DNA of 36,715 nucleotides from a virus (Duplodnaviria > Caudoviricetes), in the IMG/VR virus record IMGVR_UViG_3300006123_000028, positions 1 through 36,715 of that record; one strand, 5' to 3'. The notes below the pieces were generated by a model that was not told the origin of the DNA, did not search any database, and saw nothing but the letters and a program-made list of their open reading frames with translations. Shown here in pieces: positions 8,074 to 15,542 of the stretch. Within the stretch, counting starts at the first letter, position 1. Each line of letters begins with the position of its first letter. The translations under genes were made by a program, and so were the position numbers.

Positions 8074-9089
8074 TTCGTCACCTTCAGCAGTCGGTAGCCG
8101 GGCTTGGTCTTGGTGAACTGGGCGGCCAGCTCGGGGTGCGCTTCTTTAAACGCCTTTGCATCAAAGGTTTCGCTGGCCTTCGTGCTCTTGTAGGTGTAGA
8201 GGGTCTGGCCATCGAAGGTCACGGCGCTTGCGGATCCGATGAGCTGCTCCAGCTGCGCTCGGAGGTTCTTGAGTTCCGCTTCTTGCTGGTCGAGCACTTC
8301 TTTGGCTGCGACGTACTCGCGGACCAAGTCGGCCACCATCTCGTCTCCCTCGACCGTCTCCTCGGTGCTTTCGGGATAGAGCGTCTTCAGCGCGTCTAGG
8401 TCGTCCCCTGTGGCCGCCGGCTCGGTGTCCGTGGTCACTTGGTTCCAGAACTCAAGTTCCGCGGTTGTAAGGGCCACCACGTCGCCGGTGGTGAACTGCA
8501 CCCGGCGCTCGACGATTCCCTGCCCGCCGATCAAGCAGACCACGCGCGCGTCCCAGAGGCCGGTCACTGCGGCGTAGTGGCAAATCTGGCTCTTGTAGGC
8601 CGGCGGGATCTGGCCGTCGTTCCATGCGGCGGCGTTGCCTCGTCCCGACAGGCCGGTGGTCTTGATCTCGAGGATCTCGGTTGTTCCGATTGGGAAGTCT
8701 TGCCCGTAGTAATCGTTGACCTTGCCCAGCTCGAACTCGTGGGCGTTGAGGTCGCTGACCCGGCAAATTAGAAAGTCGACGTTGGCCAGCTGGAACTCGT
8801 TGTTCCCCTGAAGCAAGACCGGCCAAGCGACAACTGCCAGCCCTTCTTCCGCTATCTGCTTGGCGTAGATCTCCGCGATCGGGCGCTCGAAGGCTTGACC
8901 GAGGCGAGTGGCCTCGTTGCCGTTGAACGGGTCCTCCACGCGCCCGGTCTTCTCCAGCCAGAGCTGCATGCGGCTCTTGTAGGGGTTGGTGCCGAGAATG
9001 GTGCCGGCGTCGGAGCCGCCGATTCCCTTACCTCGGGCTTCGAGCCACTCCTCGTGGTCGATCGTGTCGGTTCTTGTAATTACTTTCAT
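8070..9089 (-). CDS. YqaJ-like (RecE/lambda-exo family) recombination exonuclease
   Basis: EWLEARGKGIGGSDAG, PYKSRMQLWLEKTG, LANVD, LEIKT, YKSQICHY. Confidence 0.93.
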   Translation of the reverse strand: MKVITRTDTIDHEEWLEARGKGIGGSDAGTILGTNPYKSRMQLWLEKTGRVEDPFNGNEATRLGQAFERPIAEIYAKQIAEEGLAVVAWPVLLQGNNEFQLANVDFLICRVSDLNAHEFELGKVNDYYGQDFPIGTTEILEIKTTGLSGRGNAAAWNDGQIPPAYKSQICHYAAVTGLWDARVVCLIGGQGIVERRVQFTTGDVVALTTAELEFWNQVTTDTEPAATGDDLDALKTLYPESTEETVEGDEMVADLVREYVAAKEVLDQQEAELKNLRAQLEQLIGSASAVTFDGQTLYTYKSTKASETFDAKAFKEAHPELAAQFTKTKPGYRLLKVTK

Positions 9090-9093
9090 GGTG

Positions 9094-9103
9094 CCTCCTC
9101 AGG
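9094..9103 (-). promoter_or_regulatory. Extended RBS motif CCTGAGGAGG (copy 1 of 5)
   Basis: Identical 10-mer just upstream of the start codons at 9089, 11704, 15123, 17911 and 20323. Confidence 0.85.
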
Positions 9104-9123
9104 CTTGGTTGGTTGGTACTGCG

Positions 9124-9145
9124 ATTCTAAATCTACTATGTGACA
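9124..9145 (-). promoter_or_regulatory. Promoter candidate TGTCAC-N10-TAGAAT upstream of the exonuclease gene
   Basis: Good -10 hexamer TAGAAT in an AT-rich intergenic gap; no canonical -35. Confidence 0.55.
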
Positions 9146-9496
9146 TCAGGTCGCTGCACGGATGCTGGTCAGCAAGCTGCGCAATCCGTCGAGCCGTGAC
9201 TGGGCGGCTCGGAGCGCCTCTCGGCAGGTGGTCAGCCGGTTCTCGGCAATCTTGTAGGCGAGGAACTCGGCTTCGCAGAGCCCGTGGGCTCGGTCTGCCA
9301 CCTCGTCCACTGTCAGTTTCTCCTTAGCCAGCGCACGGATCTGTAGCCGTGCTTTGGCGTAGGCGGTCTTAAAGTCGGCCTCATGGTGTGCTGCGTCGTC
9401 GCCGGCCTTTGCGATCTCGTCGACGAGCTCGTCAATCTTTTTGAGGCTTTTGGCGATGCCGTTCTGCACGTTGGCCACGGTGAAAAGGTCAGCCAT
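9146..9496 (-). CDS. Coiled-coil protein (UvsY-like helical family, tentative)
   Basis: Start re-called at ATG 9496 (MADLFTV...); all-helical, C-terminal LDGLRSL. Confidence 0.65.
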   Translation of the reverse strand: MADLFTVANVQNGIAKSLKKIDELVDEIAKAGDDAAHHEADFKTAYAKARLQIRALAKEKLTVDEVADRAHGLCEAEFLAYKIAENRLTTCREALRAAQSRLDGLRSLLTSIRAAT

Positions 9497-9498
9497 GC

Positions 9499-9855
9499 TT
9501 ACCAGTCCTTGCATTGGTTGTTTTGGTCTGGGACGGGGAGCCCGTGCTGGATCTGAACCGCGACCCATACTTGCTGCTGCGGCGTTGCGTCTCCCGGTGT
9601 CGGTGCGAAGCGCAGGCCGCCGTGGTGCTCCCAGTTCCACTGGGTGATGCCCAGCCCACCGGCGTAGTGTCCACGTTGCGCCCAGTTGTGGGTCTCGCAG
9701 ATGTAGACCCGAGTCCACTTGCGCATGGTGGTTGCGTCGACGAGCTGCGCCTTGACCGCAATGTGTGGTGCTGGCGCTGTCTTGGCTGCGGCGTGGTGGT
9801 GCGGCGCAACCGTGAGCGTGCTCAGGACGGCGAGGGCGATTGCTTTGCGGATCAC
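9499..9855 (-). CDS. rpf: Secreted resuscitation-promoting-factor (Rpf)-like lytic transglycosylase
   Basis: Signal peptide MIRKAIALAVLSTLTVA; Rpf core pattern W..V..CE..NW....Y.GGL....W...GG..FA.....AT..QQ..VA. Confidence 0.8.
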   Translation of the reverse strand: MIRKAIALAVLSTLTVAPHHHAAAKTAPAPHIAVKAQLVDATTMRKWTRVYICETHNWAQRGHYAGGLGITQWNWEHHGGLRFAPTPGDATPQQQVWVAVQIQHGLPVPDQNNQCKDW

Positions 9856-10901
9856 TCGGCCTCCTCCTCTCTGGTTTGGCTTACTTCGACTGTGTTCAAC
9901 ATTGGTGAGTCATTGGTAATGCGGTTGTAGGCAATTTCAGCGTATTCAGGGTTGAGTTCCGTGCCGACAAAGTTGCGCCCGTGTCGGTTTGCCATGACTG
10001 CCACCGTTCCGCTTCCGGTGAAAGGGTCAAGCACCGTGTCTCCCTCGGCGCTTCCGGCCAAGACACAAGGCTCGACCAGCGCTTCGGGCATTACTGCGAA
10101 GTGTGCGCCCTTAAACGGTTTGGTCGTGATAGTCCAGACATCTCTCTTGTTGCGTCCCGTTGGGTTTACGAAACGCTCTCCCATTTGGTCGGTGTGGATA
10201 CCTGCTCCACCCATACTGGCGTTTTTGGTGCTAGGCCTATCGCTGTGGAAGGCATACTTTGAGCGAGCCAGACTTGCATCTGAAACAGGCTCTTTGATTG
10301 CTTCGTGGTCGTAGTAGTAGCGAGGTGACTTGGTGAGCAGGAATAGATACTCGTGGCTCTTGGTGGGTCGGTCTGTCACGCTCTCGGGCATTGGGTTGGG
10401 CTTGTGCCAGATGATGTCTGAGCGCAGATACCAGCCGTCAGCCTGGAGAGCGAACGCCACTCGCCACGGGATGCCGAGCAGTTGTTTTTCCTTTGCGAAA
10501 CTATCGCCTAAGTTGAGCCAGAGGGTTCCGTCGTCGGCAAGAACTCGCCAGACCTCACGGAATACGGCGACCATTTCAGCGACGTAGGCATCTGGAGCAT
10601 CCTCGAGGCCGATTTGAGAGTCGATACGGGTCGCACCGCACTTCCCACAGGTTTCACGAAAGAACTCCCTAGCAGTTGCGTTCTTGACATCGTTTCCAGT
10701 TCCGCAGTTTCGGTTGATGTTTGCCTTAGTCGCCATTGGCTTGCCGAGGTGATCGCAGTCTGTATCCCCTCCGTTCCAAGTTGCTGTCCCGTAGTCACGA
10801 AGCCCGAAATAGGGCGGTGACGTGACACAGGTGCGAGCCGAGCCTGCTGGCAGCTCTGCTAGACGCTGGCGAGCGTCTCCCACCAAGATGAGTGAGTTCA
10901 T
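9852..10901 (-). CDS. Solitary DNA methyltransferase, probably N4-cytosine
   Basis: Start re-called at ATG 10901 after GAGGAGG; VTSPPY, WLNLGDS, IIWHKPNPMPESV.DR, HFAVMP, DPFTGSGT. Confidence 0.92.
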   Translation of the reverse strand: MNSLILVGDARQRLAELPAGSARTCVTSPPYFGLRDYGTATWNGGDTDCDHLGKPMATKANINRNCGTGNDVKNATAREFFRETCGKCGATRIDSQIGLEDAPDAYVAEMVAVFREVWRVLADDGTLWLNLGDSFAKEKQLLGIPWRVAFALQADGWYLRSDIIWHKPNPMPESVTDRPTKSHEYLFLLTKSPRYYYDHEAIKEPVSDASLARSKYAFHSDRPSTKNASMGGAGIHTDQMGERFVNPTGRNKRDVWTITTKPFKGAHFAVMPEALVEPCVLAGSAEGDTVLDPFTGSGTVAVMANRHGRNFVGTELNPEYAEIAYNRITNDSPMLNTVEVSQTREEEAE

Positions 10902-11065
10902 TCTTGCTCCTCCTCGTCTGGGGTTGGCGCTTCTTCCCGGTAGGCCAGCTCCTCGGTGTCGAGCCAGTAGAAGTGGTCGGATTGACCAGCCTTCAATCCG
11001 TCCATAAGTTTCTGGAGCACTTCCCATGTCATTTTGATGTGAGTCTGGTTTTTAAAGCTCGTCAT
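10898..11065 (-). CDS. Small acidic hypothetical protein, 55 aa (MTSFKNQTH...)
   Basis: Hand translated; ATGA overlaps at both ends. Confidence 0.7.
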   Translation of the reverse strand: MTSFKNQTHIKMTWEVLQKLMDGLKAGQSDHFYWLDTEELAYREEAPTPDEEEQE

Positions 11066-11343
11066 GCCGTTCCCCAGACAATCGCGCGGCGTCCCGACCG
11101 GGTGATGGCTTCTCCAACTTTGACGACCAGCCCGTCTCGGGTGAGCTCGATGCGCCGAGGCCGCGCCGTGTTTGGTGCGAGCTGCAGCCGGTCGGCGATC
11201 TCTTCGTCGGTCATTGGTTGCTCGCGGATCGCTTCCAGCACCCGGCTGCGAAGCGTGGCCGTCTTCCCGATCATGCTCTCGGCGGCAAGGATGCTTGTGA
11301 GCTGGTCCTCGTAGGGCGGCAGGTCGAAGAGGTTGTAGGTCAT
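11062..11343 (-). CDS. Winged-helix DNA-binding protein
   Basis: MTDEEIADRLQL..NTARPRRIELTRDGLV....TRSGRRAIVW; GGAGG RBS. Confidence 0.8.
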   Translation of the reverse strand: MTYNLFDLPPYEDQLTSILAAESMIGKTATLRSRVLEAIREQPMTDEEIADRLQLAPNTARPRRIELTRDGLVVKVGEAITRSGRRAIVWGTA

Positions 11344-11507
11344 GCCTCCCCTCCCATCTTGGTGCCGCACTTGCAGCAGGTGATTCGGACGCTGGCGTCT
11401 CCTCCTGCCCAGAATGGACTGGTCAGTCGGTTCTTGTGTGCTTCGCAGTACCAGCCGACCGTGCCGCGCGTGGTGTAGCGGAAGTAAGCGGTGGGCGCGG
11501 TCTTCAT
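11340..11507 (-). CDS. Small Zn-binding hypothetical protein
   Basis: CxxH...CxxC; GGAAGG RBS; coupled to both neighbours. Confidence 0.65.
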   Translation of the reverse strand: MKTAPTAYFRYTTRGTVGWYCEAHKNRLTSPFWAGGDASVRITCCKCGTKMGGEA

Positions 11508-11704
11508 CAGATCACCTTCCAGAGGATGCCGTCTTCGTCGGTGCCGTGGATTGCGAGGTCGGTGTAAATCACGCATTCCGTGCTTCCGATAAAGCGAAAG
11601 ACCGTTTTGCCGTTCATGTCTCCGACGACTTCGGCGATTAGTCGGTGCTTGTAACTGCTGACCAGCTTGTCGCCGGGCTTTGGGTTGCGGTGCTTCAATT
11701 CCAT
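11507..11704 (-). CDS. Hypothetical protein (MELKHRNP...), first gene after a promoter
   Basis: ATG 11704 follows TCCTGAGGAGGA. Confidence 0.75.
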   Translation of the reverse strand: MELKHRNPKPGDKLVSSYKHRLIAEVVGDMNGKTVFRFIGSTECVIYTDLAIHGTDEDGILWKVI

Positions 11705-11709
11705 CTTGT

Positions 11710-11719
11710 CCTCCTCAGG
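11710..11719 (-). promoter_or_regulatory. Extended RBS motif CCTGAGGAGG (copy 2)
   Basis: Exact repeat. Confidence 0.85.
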
Positions 11720-11745
11720 ATCTCGGGCGCTTTGCCCTTGTTTGA

Positions 11746-11775
11746 ATTGTATGTCCACCACGTGGACACAAGCAA
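11746..11775 (-). promoter_or_regulatory. SigA-type promoter with a palindromic operator in the spacer
   Basis: TTGCTT-N18-TACAAT; spacer contains TGTCCAC-N3-GTGGACA, repeated exactly at 17958-17974. Confidence 0.8.
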
Positions 11776-11791
11776 GTATTTTCTAAAGCCT

Positions 11792-12247
11792 TTATTTTGC
11801 TTGAGTTTTTGCCCTGCGTTGCGCTTGGTAGCACGCCATGCATTGGCCCGATCGCAGTCGGTCTGCTGGTGTGCACTCGACAATGCGGTCGCATGATTTG
11901 CATCGCTCGGTCGTTGCTTCCCGTGCTCGCTCTTTGCCGGTCTGAACGAAGCGCACGAGGTCGTCAAGTTTCATCGACATCCGAGCCATTTCATCGAGCA
12001 ATCGGCTGATGTCGCGCACGGCGTCAAATATCGGATCCGCAACGGCGGCGCTCTCGCGACGGATCACTGCGGCGGCGGTTGGGTCTGAGTAGGAGCCCTT
12101 GCTTCGTGGTCCTCGTTGCCCGGTTGCGTCGGCGACTGCGCGCGTGCCGGCTCGTCTCACAAGGTCCAGCATCACTCCGTCGGTCAATCGTGCGATTGCC
12201 TTTTCGACCATCTTGCGGTCGCGTATCATTCTGTCGGAGTTCTTCAT
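11792..12247 (-). CDS. Hypothetical protein with C-terminal zinc finger (possible regulator)
   Basis: SDPT motif, CxxC...CxxC; last gene of the replication operon. Confidence 0.7.
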   Translation of the reverse strand: MKNSDRMIRDRKMVEKAIARLTDGVMLDLVRRAGTRAVADATGQRGPRSKGSYSDPTAAAVIRRESAAVADPIFDAVRDISRLLDEMARMSMKLDDLVRFVQTGKERAREATTERCKSCDRIVECTPADRLRSGQCMACYQAQRRAKTQAK

Positions 12248-12315
12248 CGCTTGGGGCCGCGAAGATTCACGATCGAAACGAAGAGCAGCAGCGTGCTCAG
12301 GATTGCGACGGTCAT
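12244..12315 (-). CDS. 23-aa hydrophobic micropeptide (MTVAILSTLLLFVSIVNLRGPKR)
   Basis: AAGGAGG RBS, ATGA overlaps at both ends, one TM-like helix. Confidence 0.6.
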   Translation of the reverse strand: MTVAILSTLLLFVSIVNLRGPKR

Positions 12316-12650
12316 GGGTGGCTCCTCCTTATCGTGGCTTCGATTGTAGTCCAGTCGCTTGGTCGCCAGACGTAGACCTCGGCGCATGGGATCTGGCGCA
12401 GCTCGGCGAGCACTTCGTCTTGTGCCGGGCTGGTCTTGCCCTTCTCTCTTTTGAGCTCGGCAAAGATGAGCCGTTCTCCACGCCATGCCGTGATGTCGGG
12501 GTATCCGGCCAGCGAAACTCGCCGGCTGTCTGGCACGGAATAAACCGACCAGCCGTTCAGTCTCATGGCGTGCGCGAGCTGTTCTTGGAAGTCCTTTTCA
12601 AGCATCGTGTTTTTCCACGTTGCCTTGCCAAATAACGGATCAGTCGCCAC
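12312..12650 (-). CDS. VRR-NUC family nuclease
   Basis: EKDFQ, GYPDI, IFAELK..KG..S..Q, VYVWRPSD. Confidence 0.9.
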   Translation of the reverse strand: MATDPLFGKATWKNTMLEKDFQEQLAHAMRLNGWSVYSVPDSRRVSLAGYPDITAWRGERLIFAELKREKGKTSPAQDEVLAELRQIPCAEVYVWRPSDWTTIEATIRRSHP

Positions 12651-12819
12651 TGCCGTACCTCATGTTGCCGATGGCAATCTCGATGGCAATCCCGAACGGG
12701 TCTGTGCTTCCGATGGTTTTAATCTTCTTCTTGCGCTTGCGCGGGGTGCGGTGGTTGGCCTTGTGCCAGATGGCGTACTGGTCAACCGTTCCCACTCTAA
12801 ATTTGCGTTCACGGGTCAC
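12640..12819 (-). CDS. Small basic hypothetical protein, 59 aa (MTRERKFRV...)
   Basis: Hand translated from GTG 12819; GGGAG RBS; fills the gap. Confidence 0.6.
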   Translation of the reverse strand: MTRERKFRVGTVDQYAIWHKANHRTPRKRKKKIKTIGSTDPFGIAIEIAIGNMRYGSGD

Positions 12820-13156
12820 GGCGGTAAATCTCCCTCGCTCTTTCTGCTGCTATCAGGTCGGCGCTGGTTGCCCAGCTGTGCACGGTGAAGCCGTTAATTT
12901 GGCTCCACGCCGGCTCGGTGGTGATGTAATGGTGGCATGGCCGGCAAAGGGCGAGCACGTTGAACTCGTCAAGAATTGAGCCGCCTCGTGCTCTGGTCAT
13001 GATCTCGTGCACATCGGTCGCGTGATTCGAGCAAGTGTAAGGGATCTGCGCCTCGCACTGGGGGCGCTCCTCGAGGATCCGACGCACGAAGATCCGGCGC
13101 GCCACGTTCACGGCCTGCCGCTTCTTTGAGACGGGGTTGAGCCGGCTGCGCTTCAC
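12809..13156 (-). CDS. HNH endonuclease-like protein
   Basis: CE...C....DVHE...RARGG......N...LCRPCHH. Confidence 0.8.
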   Translation of the reverse strand: MKRSRLNPVSKKRQAVNVARRIFVRRILEERPQCEAQIPYTCSNHATDVHEIMTRARGGSILDEFNVLALCRPCHHYITTEPAWSQINGFTVHSWATSADLIAAERAREIYRRDP

Positions 13157-13563
13157 TCGTCATCCTTGTCTGGGGTCTCGAGGTCACCGAAGTTAAAAGT
13201 CTCGCCAGCAAACCAGTTCCCCTCGGGCCACTGCTGGTTGCGCTCGAAATAGTCGACGGTCCATGCGAGGCATCGAAAGCAGAAGTGTGGTGACGCTCCC
13301 CAGAAGGCGCTTGTGCGCTCCATGCACCACTGCGTGCAGCCGTCGCATTGTCCCGGCAGCCAGTGCTCCAGCCGGCTGTAGTGCTCTTTCACCCAGTTGA
13401 TTAGGTGCGGCTCCTCCGAGCCGATAATCGTGAGCTGCCCACGGATCGGGTTGGCGTTGACCGTGATGCCGTTTCGCCAAAGGTGGCAGAGCAGCTTGAG
13501 GTAGTCGTCCTGCGGCTGCGGGTTGTCCTCGCTCTCGAGCTTCACGCTTTTAGCGTAATGCAC
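13153..13563 (-). CDS. Hypothetical protein with Zn motif, directly downstream of the initiator
   Basis: CDGC...CFRC; GTGA overlap with the next gene. Confidence 0.7.
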   Translation of the reverse strand: MHYAKSVKLESEDNPQPQDDYLKLLCHLWRNGITVNANPIRGQLTIIGSEEPHLINWVKEHYSRLEHWLPGQCDGCTQWCMERTSAFWGASPHFCFRCLAWTVDYFERNQQWPEGNWFAGETFNFGDLETPDKDDE

Positions 13564-13572
13564 GCCGGTGTG

Positions 13573-14022
13573 TCATTTTCGATTTTGGAAGATCTGACGG
13601 TTCCGCTTTTTGATTTCTGCCATGTCCGGCGCTGGTTCTAATAACGGTTCTTTATGGTTAGTAGGACACGGGTGTCCGGTCTGAGTGTCGCATATGTCCG
13701 GTCTGGATGCTGAAATGTCCGGTCTGGATTTTTTCAGGGCGGACATGGTGTCCGGTCTGGTTTCTCCCATGTTGAAGCGGTAGCAGGTCGCCCGGTGCTG
13801 TCCTGCGGGCCTCTGGACGCTGATCACTCCGAGGTCGACGAGCTCCTTGAGGATTCTCCGAACGTGCCGATCGCTCATGCCGGTCTTCATGGCGAGCGTG
13901 GCTTGGCTCGGGCGTGCCTCGGTGCCGTCCTCGTGCGCGTGGTCGGCAAGGGCGATGGCCACTAACTTTTGGCTCGGCTGTAGGTCAATCTGCCAGACGA
14001 TCGCCTGCACTCGGACGCTCAT
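13573..14022 (-). CDS. Replication initiator (lambda O-like N-terminal HTH)
   Basis: Start re-called at ATG 14022; KLVAIALADHA....PSQATLA.KTGMS.R.V.R.L.EL; internal iterons encode RPD repeats. Confidence 0.85.
   Translation of the reverse strand: MSVRVQAIVWQIDLQPSQKLVAIALADHAHEDGTEARPSQATLAMKTGMSDRHVRRILKELVDLGVISVQRPAGQHRATCYRFNMGETRPDTMSALKKSRPDISASRPDICDTQTGHPCPTNHKEPLLEPAPDMAEIKKRNRQIFQNRK
13623..13759. repeat. Iterons / probable replication origin
   Basis: TGTCCGGTCTG at 13673, 13695, 13716 and 13749 (spacing 22, 21, 33), a partial copy at 13623, and an AT-rich tract at about 13636-13662. Confidence 0.8.
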
Positions 14023-14576
14023 GAGGTCGCTCGCTTGGGCTGGCGCAACTTTGAGCTGCGGTCGGCGTGCGCTCGCTTGCAGACGGGGCATGTCACCGTG
14101 AAACCGGCAGCCTTGCCTCCGTTGGCTTGGCAGCGGCGTGCGAGCATCTGGTAGCCCTTCTCGGTGCCGCAGTTGGGGTGGGCGCCGGGCTCCTCGTAGC
14201 CGGCGGGCATGCGGTGGCCCTCGACGTAGTTCTTGTGGGCTTGGTTGCACTCGGCGCAACTGATGCCGTTGAGCATGGTCCATTGGTATCCGCGCTCCGA
14301 GCCGCAGCTCGGGTGGTCTTCTATCCACTGGGCGTTGCGCGCCAGCTTGATGTTCCGTTGCTTGCGGATCCGTTTTAGCTCCTTGCCGTTGGCTCCTCCC
14401 CAGATGCCATAAATCTCGTTATTGACGCCAATCTCCAAGCACTCGGGTTGGTAGCGGCAGCCGGCGCAGATGGCCTGCGCTTTCTTCTCTGCCCTTATGC
14501 GGTCGCCCTTTGGTGTCAGGTAATCCGGGTAGAAGAGCTGCGTCTCTCCTGCGCACGGAGGGTTGTTAAAACTCAT
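14019..14576 (-). CDS. whiB: WhiB-family transcription factor with two C-terminal HPxCG..C..C..AH modules
   Basis: Four conserved Cys and GIWGG turn. Confidence 0.88.
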   Translation of the reverse strand: MSFNNPPCAGETQLFYPDYLTPKGDRIRAEKKAQAICAGCRYQPECLEIGVNNEIYGIWGGANGKELKRIRKQRNIKLARNAQWIEDHPSCGSERGYQWTMLNGISCAECNQAHKNYVEGHRMPAGYEEPGAHPNCGTEKGYQMLARRCQANGGKAAGFTVTCPVCKRAHADRSSKLRQPKRATS

Positions 14577-14932
14577 TGTGTCTCTCGGTTCTTCTTGCCG
14601 CGGTAGGCATATTCGTTATGGGCCAACCGGCATGGCTCGCAGTCGCTGACGGTCTCCCCGCGCTTGCGTCGAGCCATCAATCGGTGGTAGCCGGCGTTGG
14701 TTCCGCACTTGGGGTGGTCTGCGCCGGTCATCTCGTCGAGCTCGAGGTTCTGAAGCCGACGGATCAGCACGCGCTCTTCCGGCGTGGTGCCTCCCCAGAC
14801 GCCGTAGGGCTCGCTGCGTATCGCCTTGTCTAAGCACGCTGTGCGGGCCTTACAGCCGTTGCAGATGGCCTTTGCCTCGTCTTGCCTTGCCTCGTCGAAG
14901 AAGAGGCCCGTCGGCGTCCCTGTGCAGTTCAC
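14573..14932 (-). CDS. whiB: WhiB-family transcription factor with one C-terminal HPKCGT..C..C..AH module
   Basis: Four conserved Cys, GVWGGTTPEER. Confidence 0.9.
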   Translation of the reverse strand: MNCTGTPTGLFFDEARQDEAKAICNGCKARTACLDKAIRSEPYGVWGGTTPEERVLIRRLQNLELDEMTGADHPKCGTNAGYHRLMARRKRGETVSDCEPCRLAHNEYAYRGKKNRETQ

Positions 14933-15123
14933 TCGCTAATCACGGCGAGCGTGGCTGCCGTGACGATCGCTGCGACTCCGGAGCTGGCGAGTGCGGTCAG
15001 CACGGTCGTGAAAATTCCCCACCCGAAGCCGAAGCCGTAAAGAACGACGGCGAGCTCGGTCCAGCAGGCTGCGAACAGGACGTAGTCGCGTCCTCGCTCG
15101 GTGGTGATGTGGTGCTTCTTCAT
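14929..15123 (-). CDS. Small membrane protein with two TM helices
   Basis: Hydrophobic 64 aa; preceded by TCCTGAGGAGGA. Confidence 0.75.
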   Translation of the reverse strand: MKKHHITTERGRDYVLFAACWTELAVVLYGFGFGWGIFTTVLTALASSGVAAIVTAATLAVISE

Positions 15124-15129
15124 AATTGT

Positions 15130-15139
15130 CCTCCTCAGG
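15130..15139 (-). promoter_or_regulatory. Extended RBS motif CCTGAGGAGG (copy 3)
   Basis: Exact repeat. Confidence 0.85.
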
Positions 15140-15165
15140 ATTGACGGGCTCCTTGCCCGCCCTCA

Positions 15166-15195
15166 AACCTAGCGCCGCCGGTCGGCGGGCGTCAA
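15166..15195 (-). promoter_or_regulatory. SigA-type promoter of the whiB/replication operon
   Basis: TTGACG-N18-TAGGTT just after a terminator; spacer holds the inverted repeat CGCCG-AC-CGGCG. Confidence 0.7.
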
Positions 15196-15212
15196 GGTCC
15201 GTTCACTTAATG

Positions 15213-15242
15213 AAAAGGCCGGCCTCCGAAGAGGCCGGCCTT
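15213..15242 (-). terminator. Intrinsic terminator
   Basis: AAGGCCGGCCTC-TTCG-GAGGCCGGCCTTTT: perfect stem, UUCG tetraloop, U tract. Confidence 0.85.
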
Positions 15243-15266
15243 GTGTCGCCGTTGCGGAGTCGGCGA

Positions 15267-15542
15267 CTACTTGGGCAGGACGAGGCCCTGCTTCTTGGCT
15301 GCTCGTCGCTGCGCTCGGTTTGGGTGGTTCAGGTTCTCAATGTGCGCCACGAGCCCTTGTATCTGCATGTGGGCGTGAAGCAGCGCGTACTGGATCAGGT
15401 TGGCGTGCGCCAAGTCCTTGACCTTGCCGGGCTTGCTCCCGCCGTAGATCTCGTTGGCGTCTTCTGCGGTCAGCTCAATGTCTCCGTAGTTCTCCAGAAT
15501 GGCCTCGAGAATGGCCTGAACGCCGGCGCTGGTGGTCGCCAT
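15267..15542 (-). CDS. Hypothetical protein (MATTSAGV...)
   Basis: TAATG overlap with ssb; C-terminal NRAQRR motif common in phage proteins. Confidence 0.75.
   Translation of the reverse strand: MATTSAGVQAILEAILENYGDIELTAEDANEIYGGSKPGKVKDLAHANLIQYALLHAHMQIQGLVAHIENLNHPNRAQRRAAKKQGLVLPK

Noticed and set aside
13673-13759. Repeats as a mini CRISPR array
   Set aside because: Repeats are 11 nt with 10-22 nt gaps inside an initiator gene, which fits iterons; there are no cas genes.
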